DNA from: Methanothrix sp.
GTDB taxonomy: Archaea > Halobacteriota > Methanosarcinia > Methanotrichales > Methanotrichaceae
NCBI GenBank assembly: GCA_025361645.1
Contig: JANYKI010000026.1
Coordinates: 18-64,017 of the forward strand
DNA: 64,000 nt
Reading direction: 5' to 3'
This document shows positions 26,330 through 36,594 of this stretch, one piece after another; position 1 is the first letter of the stretch, and each line of letters opens with the position of its first letter. The position numbers and the translations under genes were made by a program. The notes beneath the pieces were generated by a model. That model worked only from the letters and a program-made list of their open reading frames with translations. It was not told the origin of the DNA and made no database searches.

Positions 26330-28140
26330 ATGAACGTCTCAGAGCTGTTTCAAATTGTCGGAGAGCAATACCCCGTCCTCACCAAATATCCGTTTTGGGT
26401 AGTTGCTATTCTAGCCATCGCAGCTATTATAATTATAATGATTAGCGAGGTAGCGAAAAAAGCTGCTGTCGATATTTATGATAAATCCAAAGAGGTTCTA
26501 AAAGCAACAAACATATCAAGAGAACCCGCCTCACCTCCAATTGAGATTGAACCGACAAAACCCCTTCAATTGACCTTTGCATTGTCACAACGAAATCCCA
26601 ACTTCACCGGCAGAGAGGATATTCTAGCTGAATTAAGAGCCGCTCTTACATCAGGACTGGTTGCTGGGTGGAAGCAAGTTTTGACAGGCCTAGGCGGAAC
26701 AGGTAAGAGCCAGATCGCAGTGGAATACGCTTACCGTCATAAGGAAGAGTACAAATTTATCTGGTGGCTGCAATCGGAAGAACCTGCGGCGTTAGCCTCG
26801 AACTATGCTGGTTTGGCCAAGGAACTTTATTTGCCGGAAAAAAGTTGTGCTGATCAGACTGCAATCATTGTCGCTGTGAAACGATGGCTGGGAGACAACA
26901 GCAATTGGCTGCTCATTTTCGATAACGCCAAGAGTTCCGATGACATCGAGCAATACTTTCCCAGGGAGGGCACAGGCCATATAATAATCACTTCTCGCAA
27001 TCCCAATTGGGGGCACTTAGCAGGAGTTTTGCCAATCCAGGTGTTTAAACGAAGTGAATCGGTGGACTTTCTTATCAAGCGGACGAAAAAAGGGAACCAG
27101 GAATCTGCAGACAAGTTGGCTGATGCCTTGGGCGACCTGCCCCTGGCATTAGAGCAGGCAGGAGCTTACATCGAAGAGACTGCCACATCCTTTGCTGATT
27201 ATCTAAAGCTCTTCCTGGAGCAGCGAAGCAAGATTTTGAAACGAGGCAAGTCTACTGCTTATCCCGAAACCATCGCTACTACCTGGGACATTTCTTTCCA
27301 GGCCATAAAAAAAGATTTCCCAGAGGCTATCGATCTGCTTAAGCTCTTTGCTTTCCTAGCTCCAGATAATATTCCAAGATCCCTTTGATTGAAGGAGCTG
27401 CAAATCTGCCCGAACCATTGAGCTCTGTCTTGCAGGATGGCATAAAGCTCAATGATGCTGTCGCGGCTCTGAGGCGATACTCGCTGATCAATGTCACAGA
27501 CGATATGTTTTCCGTCCATCGACTCGTGCAAGCGGTGACGTTGGACAGGTTGGACGAAAATGAGAAAAAAAGATGGGCAGAGGCTGCTGTAAAGCTTGTG
27601 AACAAGGCTTTCCCCTTTTACAGTGATGATGTCACGACCTGGCCCGCTTGTTCCTTGTTGCTGGCCCATGCTTTGACTTCGACAAAACTCGCAGAAAAAC
27701 TTGAAGTAGCTCCAGAGACAACGGGACGCCTTCTGAATCAGGCCGGCATATATTTGAAAGGAAGGGCAGATCTTTTGGATGCCAAAGCGCTTCACGAGCG
27801 GGCTCTGGCCATCGGTGAGAAAGTATACGGTCCCGATCATCCCCAAGTAGCCATTTATGCTAACAACCTCGGCTTAGTGCTGCAATCGCTGGGCGATCTG
27901 CAGGGAGCAAAAAAACATTACGAGCGGGCTCTGGCCATCGATGAGAAGGTCTACGGTCCCGATCATCCTGATGTAGCTATTGACGTTAACAACCTCGGCT
28001 TCGTGCTGAAATCGCTGGACGATCTGCAGGGAGCAAAAAAACATTACGAGCGGGCGCTTAAGATTTTCCAGAAAAGCTTGGGTGATCGTCATCCTAATAC
28101 GAAGACGGTACAAAATAACCTAAATTCGCTTGAAAAATAG
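26330..28140 (+). pseudogene. frameshifted NB-ARC (STAND) NTPase with C-terminal TPRs and an N-terminal TM segment
   Basis: RNPNFTGRE, GLGGTGKS (Walker A), LLIFDNA (Walker B), IIITSR. ORFs 26330..27388 and 27385..28140 fuse if one T is added to TTT at 27384-27386. 42-aa TPR repeats. Confidence 0.85.
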
Positions 28141-28162
28141 GAATAAAAACGAAATCAATGCC

Positions 28163-28453
28163 CTAAATCACCACGCTCATCATATCCCAGCCCACAATGG
28201 TGGGCGCTCCGGACCGCTCAATCACCTGTTCGGCCATCTCGTCCTCGCATCCCTGTGCCTGCGGGTAGAGGTGGGTGAGTACCACGCGCTTAACGCCCAG
28301 GTTCTTGATCATGCTGCCCTGTTTTTTGGGCGTCGTGTGGTTGGTTACATCAAAGGGCTCAGGAAATGAGCACTCGTGAATGAGCAGGTCGGCCTCCTTC
28401 GCCAGAGCAGCCACGCGTGGGCAGGGCTCAGTGTCTCCGGAGTAGACCACCAC
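28163..28453 (-). pseudogene. C-terminal fragment of an RNase Z/MBL-fold hydrolase
   Basis: VYSGDT...ADLLIHECSF...HTTP...VVLTHLYP; no intact N-terminal HxHxDH half upstream. Confidence 0.75.
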
Positions 28454-28652
28454 ATTCTCTTCAGCCAGAAACAGGCAGCAATAAAGGCGGCTGGATTGTT
28501 ACTCGTCGGGGATATGTGGTCCCTCTCGATAAGGGAATAGAAGGTATACATAAAAAGTTTGATGAGATATTGAGCACCTCTCCCGATTAAATTGAGCAGG
28601 AAGACCAAGCCCGCATATGAGCAACTTCAAAATCATGCATGAACAAGAAAAG

Positions 28653-28754
28653 CGCCGAGGGTGAGATTCGAACTCACGAGACCCTTGCGGATCACCAGCT
28701 ATCCAGGAGAACTAATCACTCCAGGCTGGCGCCCTACCGCTAGACGACCTCGGC
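28653..28754 (-). tRNA. tRNA-Ser (anticodon GGA) with an 18-nt intron at 37/38 (28701-28718)
   Basis: Acceptor GCCGAGG/CCTCGGC plus discriminator G; anticodon stem CCAGC/GCTGG enclosing 25 nt; long variable arm GATCC-GCAA-GGGTC; T arm GTGAG-TTCGAAT-CTCAC. Confidence 0.93.
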
Positions 28755-28762
28755 ATCAGGTT

Positions 28763-29950
28763 TTAGCGCTTGGCAGCTATTTTCGCTGCCTGGGAAGCGT
28801 CCCTCTCGGCCAGCTTCCACGCCTTGGGATACGTGCCCGGCTCCATTATTACCCTTTCGGTCAGAACGGCAATGCCCGTCTTGCCGTCGAGCATCTGCCG
28901 GCTGTTCATATCGGCCCGACCAATGCCTACAGCTTCTCCTTTCAGGGTAAAGAGGGCAACAATGTCGCCCTTACTTATATCTGTCTCCAGGCGAAGCAGC
29001 CCGGGCAGGGCCAGGGGCGCGCCGTGACAAATGGCATCCACGGCATTGTCAGCAATGACCAGCCGGGGCAGATGGCGCAAAGCCGCCTCTACGGGCAGTA
29101 TGACGCGCCGAAGGCCAGTCTCATCACCCGTCTCCTTCCAGGTCGCATAGGCATCAATGAGTTGATGCAAAGTGACCAGCGTCTCATCCTCTCGGAAGGG
29201 ACCGGCGCGCGTACGACGCAGCTCCTCCATGTTCGCGCCCGTGCCTAAAGCGAGACCAATATCAAAGCAAAGCTTGCGGATGTAGGTGCCCGCCTGGCAG
29301 CCCACGCGCATGAGCACGCGCTGCTCCTCAATCTCCAGGACATCCAGATAATAAATGGTGCGAATGCGTCGCTCTTTTACCACTGAGCTCTTCAGGGGCG
29401 GCTTTTGGAAAATGGGGCCCATGAACTCTACGCAAACGTCGAAGAGGCGTTTCTTGGGCTGGGGCTTATGCACCCGCATGAGGCAGATGTACTCCTTTCC
29501 TGCCAGGAGAAGAGTATCCATAATCCTCGTCGCGTCTCCCAGGAGAACGGGCAAAATTCCCGTCACCTTGGGATCGAGAGTGCCGCTGTGCCCCGCCTTC
29601 TCTACCTCCAAAATGCGTTTCACCCAGGCGGCCACCTCATGGCTGGTCGGCCCAGAGGTCTTGTCCAGATTGATGGCCCCCAAAGACATGTGCATCTCTA
29701 GGCTACGCTTCTCGGGCGGGATGCCATAGGCAGAATTGGTCTTGCCGCTTCGTTTTACCAGCACAGATCGAACCCTGTCGGATGGAAGAATTTGCGGATA
29801 TTTGGAAACTGATGAAGACGAAGCATTGGACGAAGTCACGGGTGAAGCAGAGAACGGCGCGGCGGGCGAACTAGCGGAAGAGCGCGGTGATCCGCGATCA
29901 GGTCTTTTCTCAGCGATCGTTGCCCTCTCGGCGCGATGGATCACGGACAC
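28763..29950 (-). CDS. cbf5: H/ACA pseudouridine synthase Cbf5 (TruB family) with PUA domain
   Basis: GPTSHEV...GHSGTLDPKVTGILP; start uncertain because of a Ser-rich N-terminal ~55 aa. Confidence 0.95.
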   Translation of the reverse strand: MSVIHRAERATIAEKRPDRGSPRSSASSPAAPFSASPVTSSNASSSSVSKYPQILPSDRVRSVLVKRSGKTNSAYGIPPEKRSLEMHMSLGAINLDKTSGPTSHEVAAWVKRILEVEKAGHSGTLDPKVTGILPVLLGDATRIMDTLLLAGKEYICLMRVHKPQPKKRLFDVCVEFMGPIFQKPPLKSSVVKERRIRTIYYLDVLEIEEQRVLMRVGCQAGTYIRKLCFDIGLALGTGANMEELRRTRAGPFREDETLVTLHQLIDAYATWKETGDETGLRRVILPVEAALRHLPRLVIADNAVDAICHGAPLALPGLLRLETDISKGDIVALFTLKGEAVGIGRADMNSRQMLDGKTGIAVLTERVIMEPGTYPKAWKLAERDASQAAKIAAKR

Positions 29951-30465
29951 GGGCGGCCCCTCACTGCTGCCAGCACAATTGCCAGCGTGGCTGCCTCATC
30001 GAACTTGCCGCTATCCACTACCAGATCATAAGCGGAAAAGTCGCTGATATCTATGTTGTAGTACATTTTATACCGCCGCCCCTCGCTCTCTTCACGATGG
30101 CGTGTCTCCTGCATGGCGTCCTCAGTCAGCTTTGCCTCGCGTTTGGCGATGCGCTCAGCTCTTGTGCGTAATTCTGCCTTTAAAAGAACCTTCAAATCAG
30201 CCGGCAGCAGATGCCCGGACAGCCGGCCCTCAAAGATGCCGCCCCCCTCCCTGGCCAGGACCTTCTGAGCATCATCAATGAGATAGTCGATCTCTGGACC
30301 CTTCTCAGCCTGACGGTTCATCTCCCGAACGGAGATATCCTTCTCGTCGGCGATCTTGCGAAAGAGATCCCCGGAGTTGATCCAGCGTAGTTTGAGCTCT
30401 TGGGAGAGAGAACGAGCAAGAGTTGAGGTGCCCGTTCCCGGCGCACCGCTGATGGTTACTATCAT
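29941..30465 (-). CDS. cmk: cytidylate kinase
   Basis: IVTISGAPGTGTST...EGRLSG. Confidence 0.93.
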   Translation of the reverse strand: MIVTISGAPGTGTSTLARSLSQELKLRWINSGDLFRKIADEKDISVREMNRQAEKGPEIDYLIDDAQKVLAREGGGIFEGRLSGHLLPADLKVLLKAELRTRAERIAKREAKLTEDAMQETRHREESEGRRYKMYYNIDISDFSAYDLVVDSGKFDEAATLAIVLAAVRGRPCP

Positions 30466-30467
30466 CT

Positions 30468-31076
30468 CTAGCTCATGCTCCCAATGTCCAGAGCCTTACG
30501 GATGATCTGCGATACAGGCAGTGAGCAGATAAAGTACCAGTAGAACCAGTAAAGGATCGGCCCCAAGACCGTGGCATTGATGGGATGTGTTCCCCAGAAG
30601 GGAAAGGTCATCATCATGTTTGGGTTAGCGGATATGAAACTGTAAGCCCACATGAAGAGTGGTATGGAGACGATGCCGATATAGAGCATGGGCTTAAACT
30701 GCATCTGCATCATCTTGCCCTGATCGGCTACCGCCTTCATCTGCTCGTTTTGCATGGCTTGAATTCTAGACTGATCTCCGGATAGCTGCGCTTCTTTCAT
30801 ATTTCTTTGCAGCGTCTTCATCTTCTCCTGAGAATTTCGGAGGTACTCCCAGTCCATGGTGTACTTCTGAATCAGGCTGGCGTATAGACCCGTGACGGCA
30901 GCCAAAATAAAGAGCACCACGTGGAAAGGCAGAATCTCGGGAAGCCATCCCAGCAAATGGCCGGTAGCCACTCCCAGGCCAGTTCTAAGCTCTGTACTGA
31001 TCATTACCCCAAAAAAAAGGACAAAGCCCACCGCCATGGCAGCTTTGTCCAGGGACTTGGTTAGCTTCTCATTCAT
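30468..31076 (-). CDS. DUF106 (EMC3/TMCO1, Oxa1 superfamily) membrane protein
   Basis: TM-coiled coil-TM layout; MQFKPM...WYFICS; position after secY. Confidence 0.9.
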   Translation of the reverse strand: MNEKLTKSLDKAAMAVGFVLFFGVMISTELRTGLGVATGHLLGWLPEILPFHVVLFILAAVTGLYASLIQKYTMDWEYLRNSQEKMKTLQRNMKEAQLSGDQSRIQAMQNEQMKAVADQGKMMQMQFKPMLYIGIVSIPLFMWAYSFISANPNMMMTFPFWGTHPINATVLGPILYWFYWYFICSLPVSQIIRKALDIGSMS

Positions 31077-32683
31077 GCCGACGCTCCGAAGAACTTCTGC
31101 ATCATGGGATACATCTCCTGAATCTGCTCGCTGGCTACCTGCTCATAGAGCCGATAGACAATGCTCACAGCCAGGAGCAGCCCCGTGCCGCCCGCGCCTC
31201 CCAGTGTGCCCAAAAGGCTGGCGATCAAGGTTAAAACGCCAATGATCACGCCGCCAATCACAGTCACCTTGGGGATATACCTCTCCATCAGCTTCTCAAT
31301 GGAGGCCGGGTTTCTTCTGTAGCCCGGAACCTGTAGGCCAGAGTTGTGAATCTTGGCAGCCACACTCTTGGGGCCCATGCCGGTGGTCTCAATCCAGAAA
31401 ATGGCGAAAATAATGCCGCCAATGATCAGGAATGAAGCGTCCACGATCACATGCAGAAATATCTGCCAGCCAGCCAGAGCCGCGAATCCCAATTCCGTCA
31501 TGCCAGGATGGATTTGCACCATTCCCGGCATCCAGTCACTGGGGCCACGCAAGGCAGATAGATAGTACATCAAGCCCGATACCGGCTGAGGTGACGAGCC
31601 GCTCATGGCCACGCCCGTAACTGAATTAATTTTAGCCGACGAGACGAATGTTCCCAGAATGCTGGAGTAGCCGGTATAAATCGTGGTTACGCCCTGGCCG
31701 GTTACCGTGGCCGAGGTTATCGTGCCGATCTTTGCTGCCAGCAATGCTCCCACCATCTCGATATTGGCCTGAATGGCCCGCACCAGGATCATGGGAAGAA
31801 CTGAGGCGTAAACCAGCTTGACCGGGAAGCGCCCCCGCGCGCCCCGCACGCGGCTGTGGGCCAGTGGTATCTCAATTCTGGTAGACTCCACCAAGACGAC
31901 CAGCAAAATGATCATTATGGTAGATATGAGCGCCAGAATTCCTCCGGTTATCAGAATGAACTTCAGCCCTTCCGATGTGAAGAGGGTATCAAAGCCAATG
32001 AGTTGCAGCCTGATGATATCGATCCATTTGGGTATGATGCCCACCGGAAGCCCCCCGTCGCCAGTCGCCGGATTGATGATGCCCGTGACCAGCTGCTGGC
32101 TAATTCCAGCTACGATAAAGAGCCCCACACCCGAGCCGACGCCCCATTTTGAGACGACCTCATCCATATAGACGATGAGCGATCCGCCTACGAAGACCTG
32201 AATAAAGATCAATAATGATATCATGCCCAGGGAAACGCCCAGAGTACCAGCTAAACCGGCATCCGGCAACAGATAGCCCCCCAACACCTGCGGCAGGGCC
32301 TCAACTGCGACCATCACAAATACCAGCGCTTTTTGCGTGCCCTGGTAAATGGCCTGATCCCTGGGTTCGCTCAGATTGAGCTTGATGATCTGGGCGCCCA
32401 CGAGAAGCTGCAATACGATGGATGCGGTAACAATTGGACCGATGCCAAGGAGCATCATCGAGCCGAAGGATCCGGCAAAGAAGGCACGATAAGAACTGAA
32501 AATATCTATGGATGCTGCGGAAAGCCCAAAGAGGGGTATGTTTCCCAGGATGAAGTAGAGAATCAGTATGGCTAAAGTCCAGCTTAGCTTTCTCTTAAAA
32601 TGGACGTGCCCAGTGGGCCGCTCCACGGAGGGGAGTCGGCGCACAAAGGGCTCTATCGCATAAAAGAAACTCTGCTGGTTCAT
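31073..32683 (-). CDS. secY: preprotein translocase subunit SecY
   Basis: LGIGPIVTASIVLQLL; GVGSGVGLFIVAG; GTGLLLAVSI. Confidence 0.98.
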   Translation of the reverse strand: MNQQSFFYAIEPFVRRLPSVERPTGHVHFKRKLSWTLAILILYFILGNIPLFGLSAASIDIFSSYRAFFAGSFGSMMLLGIGPIVTASIVLQLLVGAQIIKLNLSEPRDQAIYQGTQKALVFVMVAVEALPQVLGGYLLPDAGLAGTLGVSLGMISLLIFIQVFVGGSLIVYMDEVVSKWGVGSGVGLFIVAGISQQLVTGIINPATGDGGLPVGIIPKWIDIIRLQLIGFDTLFTSEGLKFILITGGILALISTIMIILLVVLVESTRIEIPLAHSRVRGARGRFPVKLVYASVLPMILVRAIQANIEMVGALLAAKIGTITSATVTGQGVTTIYTGYSSILGTFVSSAKINSVTGVAMSGSSPQPVSGLMYYLSALRGPSDWMPGMVQIHPGMTELGFAALAGWQIFLHVIVDASFLIIGGIIFAIFWIETTGMGPKSVAAKIHNSGLQVPGYRRNPASIEKLMERYIPKVTVIGGVIIGVLTLIASLLGTLGGAGGTGLLLAVSIVYRLYEQVASEQIQEMYPMMQKFFGASA

Positions 32684-33057
32684 ACTACTACTGCCTGACC
32701 ACCAGCAGCCTCAATTTTGCTCTTTGCCGTCGCAGTGAATCCAGCCGCGCTAACGTTAAGCGTTCTGGTTACCTTGCCGCGACCCAGCACCTTCATCTCG
32801 GAAAGCTCAATTTTGCCATCCGGGCCTGCCATCTGGTCCAGCACGTCCACGTTGACTACCTCTAGCTCCACGGCAAGAGGCAGCTTGACGAACCCATGCT
32901 TGCCCATCTGAGTTCCGAGAAGCATAGAGCGCATGAAGTGATGTTTGCACTTCCCAGAATCTCCGCGACCGCCGCGAGACCCGCCTCCGCGCGCATTCTT
33001 ATGCTTGCCGTGGTAGGTTCTGTGCCCTCTTTTTTCCTTCGTCTTTGGTCTAACCAT
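32680..33057 (-). CDS. rpl15: 50S ribosomal protein L15 (uL15)
   Basis: RGHRTYHG...RGGGSRGGRG; KVLGRG. Confidence 0.95.
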   Translation of the reverse strand: MVRPKTKEKRGHRTYHGKHKNARGGGSRGGRGDSGKCKHHFMRSMLLGTQMGKHGFVKLPLAVELEVVNVDVLDQMAGPDGKIELSEMKVLGRGKVTRTLNVSAAGFTATAKSKIEAAGGQAVVV

Positions 33058-33061
33058 GGTT

Positions 33062-33517
33062 CTACCTCATCCTCTTGATAAGATCCGCCAAATCCGTGCG
33101 AAAGCCCAGATCTCCGCCCTGTTGCGCGGTCTTCTTGATGGTCTTTAAACCCTTGCGGGCCGGATGGAGCCGGAAAATGGGCTTGATTTCCAGATCCTTC
33201 AGGCTTGTTGCCCCAGAGGTGATGGCACGGGCCAATTCTTGGAAGGAGCCATAGGATGTATTCTCTTTCAAGAACTGCTCTGTCAGCCGCCTGTTTGCAC
33301 TCAGTCGTCCCCGCTTCTCCAGAAGCAAGGCCAGCGTGTCATCGTCTATCTTGCCCCAGGCCACATAGTCCTTTACCTTCTGGATCATGCCCTGGTAATG
33401 CGCATCTTCTTTGACGACGATGCAATGGTTGACTCTGTGGATATGCAGCATCGCTAAAGTTGACTTGATCCCTGGCCGAACGTTCAACTCGCCTCTCAAT
33501 CTCACTATGGCAAACAT
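33062..33517 (-). CDS. rpl30: 50S ribosomal protein L30 (uL30)
   Basis: MFAIVRLRG...FRLHPARKG; start set at ATG 33517. Confidence 0.96.
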   Translation of the reverse strand: MFAIVRLRGELNVRPGIKSTLAMLHIHRVNHCIVVKEDAHYQGMIQKVKDYVAWGKIDDDTLALLLEKRGRLSANRRLTEQFLKENTSYGSFQELARAITSGATSLKDLEIKPIFRLHPARKGLKTIKKTAQQGGDLGFRTDLADLIKRMR

Positions 33518-33519
33518 CT

Positions 33520-34143
33520 TCAAGCCCTCACAGTTACAGTATTGATGAGTGCATTGTAGGTGGCCTTGGCGAAATTGATAGTAGTCCTGGTCGAACCTGC
33601 CGTTCTTGTCCACACATCCTTGATGCCGGCCATGTCCATGACCTTCTTGGATGTGTCGCCGGCAGCAATGCCTAACCCTCTAGGCGCCGGAATAAGTACG
33701 ACTCTGACGCTTCCTGACTCGCCAATTACCTGATAAGGCACAGTGTGCGCCTGGCCGCAGCCGCATTCCCAGCTACCGCAACCTCGCTTCACCTTCATGA
33801 TATTCCGCTTGGCACTATCGATGCCCTTCTTGATGGCTTTGCCCACCTGGACATCCTTTCCTTCGCCAAGTCCAATGTAGCCGTCTCTGTTTCCCACAAT
33901 TACCGTGGTTCTGAATTTGACTCTCCTTCCGGAGTCTGTCATCCTCTGAACCATGTTGATATCCAGAACTTCATCCTCAAGTCCCGGTATCAGCACATCT
34001 ATCAGGCCGGCCTCCTTAATAGGCAGACCTGAGGCAATTGCCTCATCGAAGGAGGTTACTTGGCCCTCAAAGACGAGCTTGCCCAGCCTTGTCTTGGGGA
34101 TCCACTCTTCCTGGTAAAAATCACGCTTCTTTTTTCGATCCAT
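33520..34143 (-). CDS. rps5: 30S ribosomal protein S5 (uS5)
   Basis: [11 protein letters not shown]; [10 protein letters not shown]. Confidence 0.97.
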   Translation of the reverse strand: MDRKKKRDFYQEEWIPKTRLGKLVFEGQVTSFDEAIASGLPIKEAGLIDVLIPGLEDEVLDINMVQRMTDSGRRVKFRTTVIVGNRDGYIGLGEGKDVQVGKAIKKGIDSAKRNIMKVKRGCGSWECGCGQAHTVPYQVIGESGSVRVVLIPAPRGLGIAAGDTSKKVMDMAGIKDVWTRTAGSTRTTINFAKATYNALINTVTVRA

Positions 34144-34147
34144 AAGT

Positions 34148-34657
34148 TCACCCCAGTATCTTCTCTCGAACCTGCTCGAATTGGGCCACGATATCTACTC
34201 CCGTGTGCTTCTTTATGTGCTCGCCAGAAATCCTCTTCTCATCGGGGAAGATCTCCGGGCCATGAGGCACATTTACACCAGCATCTACGATGCCTTTAAT
34301 GGCCGCATAGATTCTGTTGCCTTTAGTGGAGGCATGCAGACCAATATCTGCGATACCCTCATCAATGCCCAGGGCCAGCATCTTCTTGCCGAAGATAAGG
34401 CCGGTAAGATAGGCAGCAGGTACATTGCTCCTGCTAAAGGTATATCCAAAGTTCAACAGCTCTCGGGAATTAACCGTCAGGAGTGTTTTATCGCCTTTCT
34501 GCTCCGCCACTACCAATTGCAGCAATGTGTTGGCATTGCTCTTCCGGACAACAACACGGGGTTTCTTCGATAGTATTAGCTTATATCTAACGTGATAGTT
34601 GGTTTTGCCCTCTCTTCTTCTTCGGAAGGGGACTCTATATCTCGGTCCTGTAGCCAA
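34148..34657 (-). CDS. rpl18: 50S ribosomal protein L18 (uL18)
   Basis: [20 protein letters not shown]; TTG start at 34657. Confidence 0.96.
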   Translation of the reverse strand: MATGPRYRVPFRRRREGKTNYHVRYKLILSKKPRVVVRKSNANTLLQLVVAEQKGDKTLLTVNSRELLNFGYTFSRSNVPAAYLTGLIFGKKMLALGIDEGIADIGLHASTKGNRIYAAIKGIVDAGVNVPHGPEIFPDEKRISGEHIKKHTGVDIVAQFEQVREKILG

Positions 34658-34658
34658 G

Positions 34659-35120
34659 TTATTCACTCCTGGCAAGGCCCTTAGCCTTGATGAATGAGTT
34701 CATGTGCGCCAAACTTCTGTACTCGCCGCCCTTGGATTTGCGATAAAGCAAGCGGTAGGCATGGCGATCTATCTGGCCGCCTTCACGAAGCTCGCAAAGC
34801 TTCTTTCGCAGAGCCCGGATCTTGGTCATCCACTGCTTTTTTCTTGGGGATCGGGCACCTTTGGCGCCTCTTCTATGTCCCGCTCCTTTGCAATGACCAT
34901 AGGCACGCTTTGCTGCTCTGGCCCGAATTCTGCCTCGGCTGTTGCCCTTCTTGGGCTTGGCCTTGATATTTCCGGCCTCTACCTGGGAACGAATGTCCTC
35001 TCGGGTAATGGCATCGGAAAGCTCGCTTGCCACTTCTGGATCGGGATTGATCCAGACCCGGCTCTCGCCAATTTTAAGCTCGGCTGCGGCCAGGCGCCGC
35101 TGCGTTGTTAAGCCCGGCAT
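34659..35120 (-). CDS. rpl19e: 50S ribosomal protein L19e
   Basis: QRRLAA...RVWI...WMTKIRALR. Confidence 0.97.
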   Translation of the reverse strand: MPGLTTQRRLAAAELKIGESRVWINPDPEVASELSDAITREDIRSQVEAGNIKAKPKKGNSRGRIRARAAKRAYGHCKGAGHRRGAKGARSPRKKQWMTKIRALRKKLCELREGGQIDRHAYRLLYRKSKGGEYRSLAHMNSFIKAKGLARSE

Positions 35121-35122
35121 TT

Positions 35123-35506
35123 CTAGGCACCACCCTTGGGATTGAGCACCCTAAGGCCTGCCTCAGCCGCTTTTGCCTGCATCTCCAGGCGCTTCTTCAT
35201 GCCAACGCCCGATGCTATGCGTACAACAAAGCCCTGTGCCTTCAGCACCTCGGCCACGTTATTAACCAGTACCTCAGGAAGGCCGCAGGGATGAAATCCC
35301 TTAACAGCCCTGGGGCTTCCATAGCCGACTCTAACCAGCTTGCCTTTAGCAGCAATCTGCTGCCGGAGCTTGTTGTGCAGGCCGCGAGGCTTTCGCCAGC
35401 TGGTGCCAAGCCGCTTCTTTTTGTGTGAATCATGAAGGTTGAACTCAGGCTTCTTTGATTTCTGCCGGGTTCTTACTCTCAGCAACCTCTCTGCCATCCT
35501 TGTCAC
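35123..35506 (-). CDS. rpl32e: 50S ribosomal protein L32e
   Basis: WRKPRGLHNKLR...GYGSP...HPCGL. Confidence 0.96.
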   Translation of the reverse strand: MTRMAERLLRVRTRQKSKKPEFNLHDSHKKKRLGTSWRKPRGLHNKLRQQIAAKGKLVRVGYGSPRAVKGFHPCGLPEVLVNNVAEVLKAQGFVVRIASGVGMKKRLEMQAKAAEAGLRVLNPKGGA

Positions 35507-36042
35507 CTCTTGTCCACCAGGTATATCCCGTCTTGGAATATCCTGATATCGAAACCACGCACCCTGGTAGCCTGCTCAATATTGGCCATCGTCTGGCCAA
35601 CTTGCTCCTTGTCGATGCCTGTGATCGTTACTTCATCTTTGCCGATCTCGACCTTCGCACCCGGTAGAATCTTGGCGCATCGAGACTTCCTTTCACCCAG
35701 GAAATTGGTTATAATGAGCTCGTTGGAAGCTTCCTTGAGCTGTATGGGGAAGTGAGAGTACACGACCTTCATCTTGTACTCATAACCTCGGCTTACGCCT
35801 GCAATCATATTGCTGATGTGCGCGGCCAGTGTCCCCACCATCGCCCGGTGCTGCTTTCTATCGAGCCTGGAATTCACGATCAGTTGAGATTCCTCATTCT
35901 TGATCTCTATCTCAGGATAGCTAAGCTGCCTGCTGACCTCACCTTTTGGCCCCTTAACGGTGACGGTATTCCCGTCTACGGTTACGGCAACTCCTTCTGG
36001 GATCTCTACCGCTCGTGCAATCTCTTTGACCATTGCGACCAC
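35503..36042 (-). CDS. rpl6: 50S ribosomal protein L6 (uL6)
   Basis: VVYSHFPI...FDIRIFQDGIY. Confidence 0.97.
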   Translation of the reverse strand: MVAMVKEIARAVEIPEGVAVTVDGNTVTVKGPKGEVSRQLSYPEIEIKNEESQLIVNSRLDRKQHRAMVGTLAAHISNMIAGVSRGYEYKMKVVYSHFPIQLKEASNELIITNFLGERKSRCAKILPGAKVEIGKDEVTITGIDKEQVGQTMANIEQATRVRGFDIRIFQDGIYLVDKR

Positions 36043-36441
36043 CTAATATACGTAAGCCAGGAGCTGCCCGCCAAGGAATTGGTTCCTGGCATCAGAATGG
36101 GCCATGACTCCCTTACTGGTGCTCAATATCAGAACACCGAAGTTCCTGGCGGGGAGGAATCGCTTCTCCCATTTCTCCATCTCGGTCACCTTGGTTGAAA
36201 ACCGGGGCTTAATTACGCCACATCGGTTGATCCTTCCCAGGAGCTTCACTCGGAACATTCCCGACTTTCCGTCGTCAACAAATTCAAACTCGCCTATATA
36301 TCCTCTATCCGCCATAACCTTCAGAGCTCTTCCTATGAGCTTGGAGGCGGGATGAATGATACATTCAGGCTTGCCTACGCTCTCCGCATTCTTTATTACG
36401 GATAGGGCATCGGCCAGTGGATCCAATAACAATGCAACCAC
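36043..36441 (-). CDS. rps8: 30S ribosomal protein S8 (uS8)
   Basis: DPLADAL...[11 protein letters not shown]...GGQLLAYVY. Confidence 0.97.
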   Translation of the reverse strand: MVALLLDPLADALSVIKNAESVGKPECIIHPASKLIGRALKVMADRGYIGEFEFVDDGKSGMFRVKLLGRINRCGVIKPRFSTKVTEMEKWEKRFLPARNFGVLILSTSKGVMAHSDARNQFLGGQLLAYVY

Positions 36442-36594
36442 CTACGAATATTTTTCAAAACCCATCTCAGGGGCGATCTCTCGGAAGCACTGCCGGCAAA
36501 TGTATATCCCGTACTTTCTTATCAGGCCGTTTTTATTTCCACAGCGCTTGCACGGGTTTGCACCTCTTCCGAAGATCTTTTTTCCTTTCTTCAT
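36442..36594 (-). CDS. rps14: 30S ribosomal protein S14 (uS14); absent from the ORF track
   Basis: Hand translation [50 protein letters not shown] (50 aa). Confidence 0.96.
   Translation of the reverse strand: MKKGKKIFGRGANPCKRCGNKNGLIRKYGIYICRQCFREIAPEMGFEKYS

Noticed and set aside
27790-28060. 126-bp near-identical tandem repeat as a DGR template/variable pair or mobile repeat
   Set aside because: It encodes consecutive 42-aa TPR units in frame; no reverse transcriptase and no adenine-specific mismatch pattern.
26197-28652. Integrated element at the 3' end of tRNA-Ser, and likewise at tRNA-Arg
   Set aside because: No integrase and no duplicated tRNA 3' end seen; at most decayed islets.
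29790-29950. Ser-rich N-terminal extension of Cbf5 as a novel domain
   Set aside because: Start codon is ambiguous (a downstream GTG is possible) and the sequence is low complexity.
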